NCBI GenBank assembly: GCA_963738405.1 | Contig: CAVTWJ010000002.1 | Coordinates: forward strand, 64,001 to 128,000 | DNA: 64,000 nucleotides | Direction: 5' to 3' | DNA from: a candidate division FCPU426 bacterium | Lineage (GTDB): Bacteria; Oederibacteriota; Muellerivitia; Muellerivitales; Muellerivitaceae | In this document: positions 8,880 through 19,400 of the stretch, in pieces | Layout: each line of letters starts with the position of its first letter | Position numbering within the stretch: position 1 is the first letter of the stretch | Translations under genes and position numbers: made by a program | Notes under the pieces: generated by a model | The model's input: the letters and a program-made list of their open reading frames with translations, nothing else | Told to the model about the DNA's origin: nothing | The model's database searches: none

Positions 8880-10712
8880 TTAATCAGCCGTCGGCAGGTC
8901 GATGTCGGCAAAATTATCCATGATTCGCTCGCCGACCATCTTTCCCAGAATCTTCAAGGCCTGTTGTTTCGGAAACTGCGCCTGTTTCTCCACCGCGTAA
9001 CGCCGCCAAGTGACGGTGCCATCCTTCACTTCGTTGGCCCCCACGATCCAGATGTTGGGAATCTTTTTCGTGATGGCGTTTCGCACCTTTTTTGAGAAGG
9101 AATCGTTAGAAGTGTCCACATCACACCGAAGCATTTTCCCCCGCAGGCTCTCGGCGATTTCCCGGGCGTAGCCCATGAAATCTTCCGCCACCGGGACAAT
9201 CCTCACTTGAAGGGGCGACAACCAGGAGGGAAAGGCCCCGCCCCATCTTTCAATTAAAAAAGAGATAAACCGCTCGTGGGTTCCCAGCGGGGCCCGATGG
9301 ATGATAAAGGGGCGCTGTTTGGATCCGTCGGAAGCGGTGTATTCGAGCTGAAACCGCTCCGGAGAAGTGAAATCAAGCTGAACGGTTGCCGCCGTTTCCT
9401 CCCGGCCCAATACGTTTTCGGTTTGGTAATCAATTTTTGGTCCGTAGAAAGCGGCCTCACCCGCCACCTCCTCGTATTCCACGTTCAATTCTTTCAACAC
9501 GTCCCGCAGGATATTTTCGGTGTCGCTCCAAAGTTCCTCGTTGCCGACAAACTTGTCCTTATCCTGGTCATGGAGGGAGAGTCGAACCCAAATCTTGTCC
9601 ATGCGAAACTTTTCAAAGTAGAACTTGTGCATGGCCACAACCTTCTTGATTTCATCCTTGATCTGATCGCGTGTCAGGTAAATATGAGCGTCGTTCATAG
9701 CCAGGCCCCTGACCCGAAGCAGGCCAGCCAGTTGGCCGGATTTTTCAAAGCGGTAAACCGTGCCGTATTCGGCCAATCGCAGGGGCAATTCCCGGTAACT
9801 GCGGGGGCGGCTCAAATAGATCATGTGGTGATGAGGACAGTTCATGGGCTTGAGGTAAAACTCTTCCGTCGGGGAGTCCGGGTCCTTTTCCACGCTGCGC
9901 ATGGGGGGGAACATGGCGTCCTTGTAAAGTTTTAGATGGCCCGAAAGCTTGTAAAGTTCACCGTTGGCGATGTGAGGCGTCGCCACCCGGTCGTATCCAT
10001 CCTTGAACTCCATTTCCTTGGCGAACTTTTCCAACTCTTCCCGGATGACCGTGCCGTTGGGAAGCCAGAGGGGCAGACCCTTCCCCACCCGCTCATCAAT
10101 GGTAAAAAGTTCCAGTTCCTGGCCCAATTTGCGGTGATCCCGCTTCAAAGCCAGTTCTCGATTTTTGATAAATTCCTTCAGTTCGGATTCGCTGGGAAAA
10201 CAAAGGCCGTAAATTCGGGTCAGCATGGGCTTGGAAGAATCGCCCCGCCAGTAGCTGCCAGCGATGGAATCGAGCTTGAACGACATCACGGGAATCTGGG
10301 AAGTGTTTTCCACATGGGGGCCTTCGCACATGTCCACAAAAGGGCCGCTGGTGTAAAAACTCAGGTTCTCCCCCGCCTTGATCAATTCTTGGGCATATTC
10401 CACTTTCAAGGATTGTCCCATCTTGGACAGTTTTTCGAGGGCTTGTTCCTTGGGCAGGTCCTCGCGCTGGAAAATTTCCTTTTCCTGGATAATTTTGCGC
10501 ATGCGTTTTTCGATATCGGGCAAATCGGATTCGGTCAGGGGTTCTTCCAAGAGAAAGTCGTAATAGAAACCCGTGCGGATGGGGGGGCCAAAACCCAGCT
10601 GGGCCTTGGGACGCACCTGGAGCACGGCTTGGGCCAGGATATGAGCCATGGAATGGCGCATTTTGAAAAGACCTTCATCCATGCGATGTTTCGGTTCGTA
10701 TTTATCGGACAT
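8880..10712 (-). CDS. thrS: Threonine--tRNA ligase (short form without the N-terminal TGS domain)
   Basis: MRHSMAHILAQAV, DMCEGPHV, RDHRKLG, LKPMNCPHH, GEAAFYGPKID, IHRAPLGTHERF. Confidence 0.97.
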   Translation of the reverse strand: MSDKYEPKHRMDEGLFKMRHSMAHILAQAVLQVRPKAQLGFGPPIRTGFYYDFLLEEPLTESDLPDIEKRMRKIIQEKEIFQREDLPKEQALEKLSKMGQSLKVEYAQELIKAGENLSFYTSGPFVDMCEGPHVENTSQIPVMSFKLDSIAGSYWRGDSSKPMLTRIYGLCFPSESELKEFIKNRELALKRDHRKLGQELELFTIDERVGKGLPLWLPNGTVIREELEKFAKEMEFKDGYDRVATPHIANGELYKLSGHLKLYKDAMFPPMRSVEKDPDSPTEEFYLKPMNCPHHHMIYLSRPRSYRELPLRLAEYGTVYRFEKSGQLAGLLRVRGLAMNDAHIYLTRDQIKDEIKKVVAMHKFYFEKFRMDKIWVRLSLHDQDKDKFVGNEELWSDTENILRDVLKELNVEYEEVAGEAAFYGPKIDYQTENVLGREETAATVQLDFTSPERFQLEYTASDGSKQRPFIIHRAPLGTHERFISFLIERWGGAFPSWLSPLQVRIVPVAEDFMGYAREIAESLRGKMLRCDVDTSNDSFSKKVRNAITKKIPNIWIVGANEVKDGTVTWRRYAVEKQAQFPKQQALKILGKMVGERIMDNFADIDLPTAD

Positions 10713-10777
10713 TGGTGTTCCTAACGGACATTCACGAGGTGGGACTTATCATGAATTTCGACTCTCGCGGAGAAAAA

Positions 10778-10854
10778 TGGTGGGCGTAACTGGACTCGAA
10801 CCAGTGACCCCTTCCATGTCAAGGAAGTACTCTAACCAGCTGAGCTATACGCCC
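10778..10854 (-). tRNA. tRNA-Val(GAC)
   Basis: Cloverleaf GGGCGTA...TTGACAT anticodon loop...GGTTCGAGTCC...TACGCCCACCA. Confidence 0.97.
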
Positions 10855-10959
10855 ATCAACCCGCAAGAAGGTATTTTATCCATCCTATCCCTAAGCGCCA
10901 AGGCGGGGGAAGGAGGAGAAAGATTTTATCCCAGAGAGGCTTACTGTCTAGTTTTTAAT

Positions 10960-11511
10960 TTATCGAAAAATCGCAAGCCGATCCTTGACCTCAGCAAAAG
11001 AGGGTGCCTTTCGGTCCTTGTCAGAAAGGAAGATCGGGCGTTGGGGCCACTGGATGGCAAGATCTGGATCGTCCCATCGGACCCCCAATTCCCCTTCAGG
11101 ATGGTAATAATCGCTCGACTTGTAGACCACCTGGGCCGTTTCGCTTAAAACCAGAAACCCATGCAGGAACCCAATGGGGAGATAAAGTTGAAACCCATTT
11201 GGGGCCGAAAGGATCTGACCCACCCATTTCCCGAATGTCGGCGATGAGGGCCTGGCATCCACTGCCACGTCAAATATTTCGCCTTCCGCGACCCGGATGA
11301 TCTTGGATTGGGCATGGGGTGACTGAGCGTGAAGCCCTCTCAAGGTTCCCAATCGGGAGGAAGAATGGCTGTCCTGCACGAATTCTTCTGATATTCCAAG
11401 TTCCCGATACTTTTCCCGATGATAGGCTTCGAGAAAAAAACCACGTTCATCACGAAACACTTCCGGTTCGACACGCAGAAGTCTGGTAATCCCCAGGGGA
11501 GTCGCTTTCAT
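10960..11511 (-). CDS. rfbC: dTDP-4-dehydrorhamnose 3,5-epimerase
   Basis: FRDERGFFLE, GTLRGLH, FDVAVDAR..SPTFGKW, GFLHGF, WDDPDLAIQWP; start moved to ATG at 11511. Confidence 0.95.
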   Translation of the reverse strand: MKATPLGITRLLRVEPEVFRDERGFFLEAYHREKYRELGISEEFVQDSHSSSRLGTLRGLHAQSPHAQSKIIRVAEGEIFDVAVDARPSSPTFGKWVGQILSAPNGFQLYLPIGFLHGFLVLSETAQVVYKSSDYYHPEGELGVRWDDPDLAIQWPQRPIFLSDKDRKAPSFAEVKDRLAIFR

Positions 11512-11513
11512 TC

Positions 11514-12386
11514 TCAGTCCCTTTGACGAAGAATCGAAAGAAGATAATCCGAGTAACCGCTGGGCTGTATCTTTTGGGCGATCCTCTTGATGTCCTCTTC
11601 CGATATCCAATTATTTTTGAGGGCGATTTCCTCAGGACAAGCCACTTTCAAACCCTGCCGATCCTCAATGGTTTGGATGAATGTGGACGCCTGCAAGAGA
11701 GATTCGGGGGTCCCCGTGTCCAGCCAAGCGATACCCCGCCCGAAGGTTTCTACCTTAAGGTTTCCCTTTTTTAGATAGGCCGCGTTTAAATCGGTGATTT
11801 CCAATTCGCCCCGCCGGGAAGGCGTGAGCTTTTCCGTTTCCGCAACGACATTCCGATCATAAAAGTAAAGGCCTGTTACGGCATAGGAGGATTTGGGTTT
11901 GGAAGGTTTCTCTTCAATCGAAAGGGCCTTTCCCTGGCCGTCAAACTCCACCACTCCGTATCTTTCAGGATCCTTGACCCAATAGGCAAACACCGTCGCA
12001 CCTTCGGTTCGGCCGCTGGCCCGGCGGAGATATTCGATGAGGCCTCCCCCATAAAAGATGTTGTCTCCAAGAATCAGGACTGCGGGTTTCCCCCCCAGAA
12101 ACTCCCTCCCTATTAAGAAAGCCTGAGCGATACCATTAGGTTTTTCTTGGGCCGCATATTGGAAACGAACGCCCCAATCCGACCCATCGCCCAACAAGGC
12201 TTTGAAGCCCTGTTGGTCCTCCGGGGTGGTAATGACGAGAATTTCCCGGATACCCGCCAGCATCAGGACCGAGAGCGGGTAATAAATCATGGGTTTGTTG
12301 TAGACCGGCATCAATTGCTTGCTGACTGACCGGGTGAGGGGGTAAAGCCTTGTTCCCTTCCCGCCCGCTAAAATAATTCCCTTCAT
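11514..12386 (-). CDS. rfbA: Glucose-1-phosphate thymidylyltransferase
   Basis: [49 protein letters not shown]. Confidence 0.97.
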   Translation of the reverse strand: MKGIILAGGKGTRLYPLTRSVSKQLMPVYNKPMIYYPLSVLMLAGIREILVITTPEDQQGFKALLGDGSDWGVRFQYAAQEKPNGIAQAFLIGREFLGGKPAVLILGDNIFYGGGLIEYLRRASGRTEGATVFAYWVKDPERYGVVEFDGQGKALSIEEKPSKPKSSYAVTGLYFYDRNVVAETEKLTPSRRGELEITDLNAAYLKKGNLKVETFGRGIAWLDTGTPESLLQASTFIQTIEDRQGLKVACPEEIALKNNWISEEDIKRIAQKIQPSGYSDYLLSILRQRD

Positions 12387-13480
12387 GATTTTTTATCCTT
12401 CCGGGCCAGGCCCAATCTTTCGCGCTTGTAGTTATTTTTCTGAACCGCATGACACCAATCCAAATGGTTCAAATACCAACGAACCGAGGCCTGGAGCCCG
12501 GGCCCAATCTCCCACTTTGGTTTCCAACCCAGTTCACGCCGGATTTTGCGGTCATCAATGGCGTAGCGGTGGTCATGGCCCGGCCGATCAGCAACGAAGG
12601 TCATTAAAGCCTCATACCCCCGAATCCCCTTCTTTAAAAGGCTAGCATTTCCCCTTGCGGGGAACTGGGTCTCAAGGCATCCGCATAGGTTCTTAACCAA
12701 ATTCAAGTTGGTAATCTCGTTGCCCCCGCCCATATTATAGGTTTCTCCAGGCTTTCCCTTTTGAGCCACAAGATCAAGAGCCGCGCAATGGTCTTCCACG
12801 TGAATCCAGTCTCTCACATTGCTGCCCTTCCCATAGATAGGAAGGTTTTTCCCTTCGAGAGCGTTGAGAAGTGTTAAGGGAATAAGTTTTTCCGGAAATT
12901 GGAAGGGACCGTAATTATTTGAGCAATGGGTTGTCAGGACGGGCAACCCGTGCGTTTGAAAATAGGCTCTTCCCAGATAATCCGCCCCCGCCTTGGTGGC
13001 CGAATAGGGGGAGTTGGGAGCGTAGGGAGTTTCCTCTTTAAAGTACCCCTTCGGCCCTAGAGACCCATAAACCTCGTCGGTAGAAACCAGTACAAATCGA
13101 AAGGTGGATTTCATCCCAGGCGCGGCCAAAAGCATTTGGCGGGAGGCTTCTAAAAGTTCAAAGGTTCCCAATACATTGGTCTGGACAAAGGCCCTTGCCC
13201 CGTCAATCGATCGGTCCACATGGCTTTCAGCGGCCAAATGGAAAAGCCAATCAGGCTTAAATTGCCTGAAAATTTTCGCCACCAAGGCCCCGTCAGCGAT
13301 ATCACCCTTGACGAAATGGAAGGTGGAATTCTTTCGGGGGTCTTTCAGGTTAAGCAAATTCCCGGCGTAGGTCAGTTTGTCGAGAACCACCACCCTCGAA
13401 GTGCGGTACTTTCGGAGAAGATGGGCTGTCAGGTTGGCGCCGATGAACCCCGCGCCTCCCGTCACAAGAATAGTTTTCAA
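12383..13480 (-). CDS. rfbB: dTDP-glucose 4,6-dehydratase
   Basis: [51 protein letters not shown]. Confidence 0.97.
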   Translation of the reverse strand: MKTILVTGGAGFIGANLTAHLLRKYRTSRVVVLDKLTYAGNLLNLKDPRKNSTFHFVKGDIADGALVAKIFRQFKPDWLFHLAAESHVDRSIDGARAFVQTNVLGTFELLEASRQMLLAAPGMKSTFRFVLVSTDEVYGSLGPKGYFKEETPYAPNSPYSATKAGADYLGRAYFQTHGLPVLTTHCSNNYGPFQFPEKLIPLTLLNALEGKNLPIYGKGSNVRDWIHVEDHCAALDLVAQKGKPGETYNMGGGNEITNLNLVKNLCGCLETQFPARGNASLLKKGIRGYEALMTFVADRPGHDHRYAIDDRKIRRELGWKPKWEIGPGLQASVRWYLNHLDWCHAVQKNNYKRERLGLARKDKKS

Positions 13481-13541
13481 TCCGTTTCCTTTGCCGAAGA
13501 ATGATTCCAGTATAAGTCCATTTTAAGCATGGATGCCATTT

Positions 13542-15098
13542 TCAACCCCGATGGGAAGGTTTCAAAAGATCAAAAACCGTTTTTACGGGATGAAAAGTTT
13601 CTAATGGGATCTCCACAAAAAAGGTGAGCCAATGGGCCATGGCGCCGTTCCAGAGGCCTGGCCGCTCCAAAGCCCTGATTTCCTTTCCGCGCCAGGATTT
13701 ACGGCTGAGAAACACGGTTTGGGGATCCACAAAGAGGGTTAAGTCGAAAGGTTTTCCAGAATCATCCCGAAGCGCACAAGCCATATCCACGGGATTAAAG
13801 TGCGTCGAACGACGAAAAATATCCGCCTGAGCCGGATTTCCTATATCCACTTGAGAACTTTCTACGATTTGGAGCGAGGTGCCTCCCCTTCCGTTTCGAA
13901 CCCAAAAGGGTCCTCCTCCAGGCTCCCCAGTGTTGGGGACAACCCCGCAAACTCTCAAGGGCCTATTCAAAAAAGTACGGAGCGCGCTTTTTAAATCACT
14001 CCCTGCTTCGGCGGGTTTCGGGATCACCGTTTTCCACTCCCGATGGATATGACCCCTAAGATCTTCCATCTCTTTTTCAGTCATGGGTTGGTTTTCCAAC
14101 TCCTTCAACCATTGATCCGCTTGTGTTTTTAATTGAATCAAAAGGCCGCCTAAAACCCTTTCCCAGTGGAGGGACGCAGAGCAATGGGTTTGGGAAGCCA
14201 CGTTATCGATGTTTTTGATGAATAGAAAAGGCGTCCTTGTTTCCGGAAAATTTTCAATCAGGGACCCGTGACCGCCCGGCCTAAAAATAAGTTGTCCCCG
14301 TTCATCCCGGAGGGGCCGCTGCCGCTCATCCAGGGAGAGGGTATCGGTCGAGGTTTTTTGAAAGGAAAAAATAATGTCAAACCGGCCCGCGCCCTTTTTT
14401 TCCATCATCGCGCGGAGATCTGCAATGTGCCGTTTGAACGCCTCCTCATGGCTGGGGGAAATCGTGAAATGGAGGCGGCTGGTTCCCTCCGCGTCCCGGA
14501 CCAAAAGAGAAGCTTCGATCAAATGTTCGGCAACTGGAGTTCGAGCCTCTTCCTCATAACGATGAAAGGGCACCAAGCCTTTCGGTCTTTCCGAATAATT
14601 CAGACCGCTTTCCAGCAGGAGGCATTGGAGAATCTCATGGTAATTCCCCTCCCTCAGCAAAAGGGCCAAGTCCATCCCGTTGGACCTGAGGGCCGCTTCC
14701 AGTTCCATGTAAAATCCCGTGGAATGGATGTGATCGAAAAATTCCAGGAGTTTTTTTTGTTCCGTCTTGCCTTCGGAGGATCTTTTGATCAGTTCCCCGC
14801 GGGTCACATTGAATTCATTGAGGGCCTTTAACATATCGAAAAACATCCGGGAAGCCGCGCCAGAAGAAGGGACGAATTTCTCAAAAAGGCCTTGAAGACG
14901 GCTCCCCTCAAACAATTCGAGGGCTTTTTCTTGTTCCGGTAGGGATAGTTTAAGGATTCCGTCCCCGACCGTCGCGGGACGGTCCAATTGGGGAGGCGGG
15001 GGAGGGGATAAGAGCAGAGCCATTTGGCGGTCTGCTTCCACGGCAGTAATCCCCTTTTTTCCCATTTGTATCAAATCTTGGTCGTTCCAGGGTGCCAT
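13542..15098 (-). CDS. DUF4301 family protein
   Basis: KFVPSSGAASRMF, PKGLVPFH, FRPGGHGSLIEN, FIKNIDNV, GEPGGGPFW, THFNPVD, ALERPGLWNGAM, TFHPVKTVFDLL. Confidence 0.88.
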   Translation of the reverse strand: MAPWNDQDLIQMGKKGITAVEADRQMALLLSPPPPPQLDRPATVGDGILKLSLPEQEKALELFEGSRLQGLFEKFVPSSGAASRMFFDMLKALNEFNVTRGELIKRSSEGKTEQKKLLEFFDHIHSTGFYMELEAALRSNGMDLALLLREGNYHEILQCLLLESGLNYSERPKGLVPFHRYEEEARTPVAEHLIEASLLVRDAEGTSRLHFTISPSHEEAFKRHIADLRAMMEKKGAGRFDIIFSFQKTSTDTLSLDERQRPLRDERGQLIFRPGGHGSLIENFPETRTPFLFIKNIDNVASQTHCSASLHWERVLGGLLIQLKTQADQWLKELENQPMTEKEMEDLRGHIHREWKTVIPKPAEAGSDLKSALRTFLNRPLRVCGVVPNTGEPGGGPFWVRNGRGGTSLQIVESSQVDIGNPAQADIFRRSTHFNPVDMACALRDDSGKPFDLTLFVDPQTVFLSRKSWRGKEIRALERPGLWNGAMAHWLTFFVEIPLETFHPVKTVFDLLKPSHRG

Positions 15099-15135
15099 AA
15101 GCCCTCAGGGGAAAGGTTAGCAGGGGTATCAAAAA

Positions 15136-15211
15136 TGGAGGCGGCAGGCGGATTTGAACCGCCGAATCGCGGTTTTGCAGACCGCTCCCTTAACCACTTG
15201 GGTATGCCGCC
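15136..15211 (-). tRNA. tRNA-Cys(GCA)
   Basis: GGCGGCA acceptor stem, CTGCAAA anticodon loop, TTCAAAT T-loop, 3' CCA. Confidence 0.95.
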
Positions 15212-15350
15212 CCTTGCCGTTCAACAAACCAACAAAAAGTTCCCGGTTGTTGCGGCGAAAACAAAACCGCCCACGCGGCCAAGGCATGGGCGGCTTGGGA
15301 AAACCGGGAATCGTCAATCGGCGGAATAGGCCCTCCGCCGGAGGAATGAA

Positions 15351-15425
<75 letters not shown>

Positions 15426-15591
15426 GCTGAACCAAGAACCCTAACTTTTCGCCCAAATCAGGGGTTTAGTTTTACCAAATCGACGGCCTCCATTTCAAGT
15501 TTTTAATACCCGCCCTAGGAGATGAAGAAGTTGATCTTTTAAGGAGATTTTTAATTAAGAGTGAAAGGGGGGCAAACTTGATCCGGAATGG

Positions 15592-16413
15592 CTAGTCTTT
15601 TTTCAGGCCGAGATCCTTCACCACCTGTTCAATGATGTCAGCGTCGATCGATTCCCGCTTGAGCAAATAGCCTTCCAACATGGCATTATCGCAGGTCGTG
15701 TTGATGAGGCGGGGAATCCCCTTGGTGTAATCGAAGATTTTCTGGTAGGCGTTGGGGGTAAAGAGGGCCTTGGAACAATCCGCGATCGCCAACCGGTGCT
15801 TGATATATTGCTCGGTGGTGTCCCGTGTCAGGGACTTCAGGAAAAACTTCATGGCCATGCGCTGATAAAGGGGAGGATCTAGGGCCAGGTACTTCTCCAA
15901 TTCAGGCAGGCCCAAAAGGACAATGGAAATCAGTTTCCGTCCTGGCACCTCCATGTTCAGGAGGCCGCGGAATTCCTCGAATATTTCTTTTTTCTGCAGC
16001 ATATTGGCTTCATCAATGAGAACCACGGCCTTTCGGCCTTCTTCGTGGATTTTCATCAGGCGCTCAAAAAGCTGGGAAATAATCTGGGCCTTGGTATCGC
16101 CGGGATTTTCAACGCCCAGTTGGTGGGAGATTTTTTTCAACATCCATTCGGCGGTGATTTCACTATGGACAATCACCAAAAGCGTGGCTTCGTATTGGGG
16201 ATCCTGCTCGAGTTTCTCAAGGGCCTTTCGGGCCAAGAGGGTCTTGCCCGCGCCGATATCGCCCACGACAACCGTCAAACCCTTCATGGTGTCAATGGCG
16301 TGAAGCATGCGGACCATCGCCTCGGCATGCTGGCTGCTTTCATAATAAAAACGGCTGTCAGGCGCGTTGGAAAAAGCCTGTTCTTTCAATCCGAAAAAAT
16401 TTTCGTAGCTCAT
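15592..16413 (-). CDS. ExeA/GspA-like AAA+ ATPase
   Basis: YENFFGLKEQAFS, GDIGAGKT Walker A, LIDEA Walker B, LLGLPEL, GIPRLINTTCD. Confidence 0.9.
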   Translation of the reverse strand: MSYENFFGLKEQAFSNAPDSRFYYESSQHAEAMVRMLHAIDTMKGLTVVVGDIGAGKTLLARKALEKLEQDPQYEATLLVIVHSEITAEWMLKKISHQLGVENPGDTKAQIISQLFERLMKIHEEGRKAVVLIDEANMLQKKEIFEEFRGLLNMEVPGRKLISIVLLGLPELEKYLALDPPLYQRMAMKFFLKSLTRDTTEQYIKHRLAIADCSKALFTPNAYQKIFDYTKGIPRLINTTCDNAMLEGYLLKRESIDADIIEQVVKDLGLKKD

Positions 16414-16511
16414 GGGGTTCTCAAGTGGAAATCACTCAGCCTTTTTCATAGGAAAATGGTTCGAAAAAAACTCACCGGCCTGAAAAGGTCGCCGGGGCTG
16501 CCGTTTGAAAT

Positions 16512-19061
16512 TTAAACGTAGCCTACCCGATTTGACTTTTTTTTGCCACCCGAATCTTTTTCACCGCCCCCGGATTCAGGTTCCGGCTTGGGCTGCGCGG
16601 GGGGATTAGCGGGGGGCGGGGGCGTCGACTTGGGTTCCACTTGCGCCACAGAAGCCCCAGGGGCCAATAGACGCTCGACCTCGGACAACTTTTTCCGGGC
16701 TTCTATATTGTCCGGTTCGTTTTGTAGGATTCTCCGATAGATCTTGGCCGCTTCCTCATTGAGGCCCTGGCGAGTATAGATATCCGCGACGGCGATCGTC
16801 ATAAAATCGTCTTTTCCCTCTTCGAGAACGCTGTCTCCCTTTGAGGTGGGTTCCAGCTTCAGACTCTTCAAATCCGGCGCCGGGTCCTTTCGAACCTGGG
16901 CCTTGGCCGCCTCTTCCTTCGCCGCCCGATCAGCATCCTCGCGGGATTTGCGCTCCGCCTCCTCCCGAATCCTTCGGTCCAATTCGTCCTTGGCCTTCAT
17001 CTCGGACGCCTCGCGGGCTTTACGCTCAACTTCTTCCCGTGCCTTTTTCTCAACCTCCTCGCGGAATTTCTGTTCCGCTTCCTCCCGGAGTTTCTTTTCC
17101 ATCTCGGTCTTAACCCTTTTTTCCATCTCTTCCCTGGCAATCCGGTCCGCTTCCTCGCGGGCACGCCTCTCGATTTCTTGCTGCGCCTTGCTTTCGGCCT
17201 CTTCACGGGCCTTCCGTTCCATTTCCACCCTGGCCTTGATCTCAGCCTCCTGGCGCGCCTTATGTTCCAATTCGGCCCTAACCCGTTTGGCTTCCTCCAG
17301 GGCCTTTTTCTCCATTTCGGCCCGGAGACTTTTCTCCTCATCCTCCTTGGCCTGACGCTCAGCCTCCAATGCGCCGATCACATCCTCCCCAGTTTTAACA
17401 TAGGCCTGATAGGCTTGGTTCAGTCGTTCCTTGATTTCAGCCTTATCCGGGTAGGTTTCCGCCAGCCTCTGGCAAATCTCGATAGCCTCTTCCAGCATCC
17501 CTTGCCGGATGAAATTGTCCGCAATGGATAATTCCGCCTTCCATTCATCAAGGGCTGGCTGATCTAATTCCATGACATTGCCCTTCCCCGTAGACGCCTG
17601 TACCGTTTGGGGAGCGGGAGCTGATTCAACGCGGGGGGCGGAGAGGATCGGCGTTTCGGTTAAATTGTCCAGATCCATGACTGAGGTTTGAGATTTCGGA
17701 GCGGGAGCGGCCGGAACGGGCGCGGCTGTGGGAGCCGGAGGAGCCGAGGAAGCTGTGGAAACCACCTGCCCCACGATTTTCGATTGAGCCCCCGAATGGT
17801 CCGGGTTGCATTCCAAGGTCTTGCGGGCCCACTCGGCAGCCTCGCCCGTCTTCTCCTGTTTCTCTAAAAGCAGAACGTTCTTGTAAAACGCCTCGGCGGC
17901 ATCTTTTTTATTTCCAGCGGCCTTCAACATTTCTCCTAGTTTTCCAATGTTGGCCGTGGAATTTTCATCAAGGGAAACAAGGAACCGCGCATACTCAGAA
18001 GCCTTCACAAAATCGCCCTTGGCTTCCGACCGGTCCAAAAGACTCTTGAAGGCTTGGGCCGCATCCGCTTTGGATCCCCGCTTCATAGCCAACTCGGCTT
18101 GTACCTCAAGGGCGATGGGGTTTTCCTTTTCGACCTTAAGGGCCCGCTGGATATTTTCATTGGCTTTATCCAGCTGGCCCTGCTCCATGTAGACACGCGC
18201 CAAATGGGCCAGAGCCGCCACATGGTTCACTTTGAAACGAAGGAGATTCTCAAATTCGGTTTTTGCCTCGGAATACTGCTGTTTCTTAAAATAAATGACG
18301 CCCTGAACGTAATGGGCCTCGATGCTCTTTAATTCGATGGCGCGGGTGGCGTTTTGCTGGGCCCTTTCCAGGTCCCCGGTGTTGAGGGCCAGTTCGGCCA
18401 GAACTAGAAATTCCTTTTTCGCGTCCCCTTCCGAACCCTGCTTCATGAATATTTGGGCTAGATTGGATCTCGCGTCCAGGTTGGCGGGTTCAAGCTGGGC
18501 GACCTTCTGATAGACTTCCTGGGCTTTCTTAAAAAGCCTATTTTTGAAAAAGTTATCCCCTACCATCATGTAGGCCTTAACAGCCTCTTGCACCCTTCCT
18601 TTTCTCTCGTAAAGTTCCGCCAGTTTGGAGGTTGCCGCCAGATTATCCGTGTCGAGTTTTGCCACTTCACTCAGGGCCTCAATGGCCCCGTCCACGTCGC
18701 CGCTTTCCATCGCGGTTTCGGCCTTGATGGTTTGGCGGATCAGGCTTTGCTGTTTTTGGCCTTCAGTGGTTAGTTTGGCGGAGTCCAGCGCGGCGATCTT
18801 CTTATTGACGACTATGGATTTGTCAGCCTGACCCCGGGTGGAAAAATCGGTGGAAACCTTGATGTACTCGTCAAAGGCCTCGCGAACCGCTCCCTTTTTG
18901 ACGTAAACATCGCCCAGCATGTTGTGGGTGTTGACGTCTTCGGGATCGAGCGCGATGAGTTTTTTATACTCTTCAATCGCTTTATCCCATCGGCCCTCTT
19001 GAAAATAAATATAGGCCATTTTGACGATGTTTTTTTTGTCGCCGCCAGCCGGGACGCTCAT
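16512..19061 (-). CDS. Large TPR protein with Pro/Ala linker and long E/K/R-rich charged helix
   Basis: Many TPR repeats in the first ~430 aa; ERKAREEA-like repeats; final TPR; C-terminus RVGYV. Confidence 0.85.
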   Translation of the reverse strand: MSVPAGGDKKNIVKMAYIYFQEGRWDKAIEEYKKLIALDPEDVNTHNMLGDVYVKKGAVREAFDEYIKVSTDFSTRGQADKSIVVNKKIAALDSAKLTTEGQKQQSLIRQTIKAETAMESGDVDGAIEALSEVAKLDTDNLAATSKLAELYERKGRVQEAVKAYMMVGDNFFKNRLFKKAQEVYQKVAQLEPANLDARSNLAQIFMKQGSEGDAKKEFLVLAELALNTGDLERAQQNATRAIELKSIEAHYVQGVIYFKKQQYSEAKTEFENLLRFKVNHVAALAHLARVYMEQGQLDKANENIQRALKVEKENPIALEVQAELAMKRGSKADAAQAFKSLLDRSEAKGDFVKASEYARFLVSLDENSTANIGKLGEMLKAAGNKKDAAEAFYKNVLLLEKQEKTGEAAEWARKTLECNPDHSGAQSKIVGQVVSTASSAPPAPTAAPVPAAPAPKSQTSVMDLDNLTETPILSAPRVESAPAPQTVQASTGKGNVMELDQPALDEWKAELSIADNFIRQGMLEEAIEICQRLAETYPDKAEIKERLNQAYQAYVKTGEDVIGALEAERQAKEDEEKSLRAEMEKKALEEAKRVRAELEHKARQEAEIKARVEMERKAREEAESKAQQEIERRAREEADRIAREEMEKRVKTEMEKKLREEAEQKFREEVEKKAREEVERKAREASEMKAKDELDRRIREEAERKSREDADRAAKEEAAKAQVRKDPAPDLKSLKLEPTSKGDSVLEEGKDDFMTIAVADIYTRQGLNEEAAKIYRRILQNEPDNIEARKKLSEVERLLAPGASVAQVEPKSTPPPPANPPAQPKPEPESGGGEKDSGGKKKSNRVGYV

Positions 19062-19400
19062 AGACCCTCGAAATCCGCGCAGAATAATTCAGGAAAAGGA
19101 AAAAAAGAGGAAAAAAAGTCGCTAATCCCCTAGGACGCCTGAAAAACACTATAACATTCGATATTTTAGATCGCAAGGAATTGCGGGAGTTTCACGAGAA
19201 ATTAGCCCGCCTCGAGTCCGGTTCTTCCTTAACACCCTGTGTTTTACCCTCAGCAAGAATCGCCAAGTCTCAGCAGGAATATCGAAAAGGTTTCGGAGGT
19301 ATCGAAGCTCCAGCCAGCGTTCAAGGTTTGAGTTTTTCCCATTCCTTTATTTTAAATTTGAAAAGGCGATAGAGTAGCCCACTCATGGTCAAGCTCCTCT

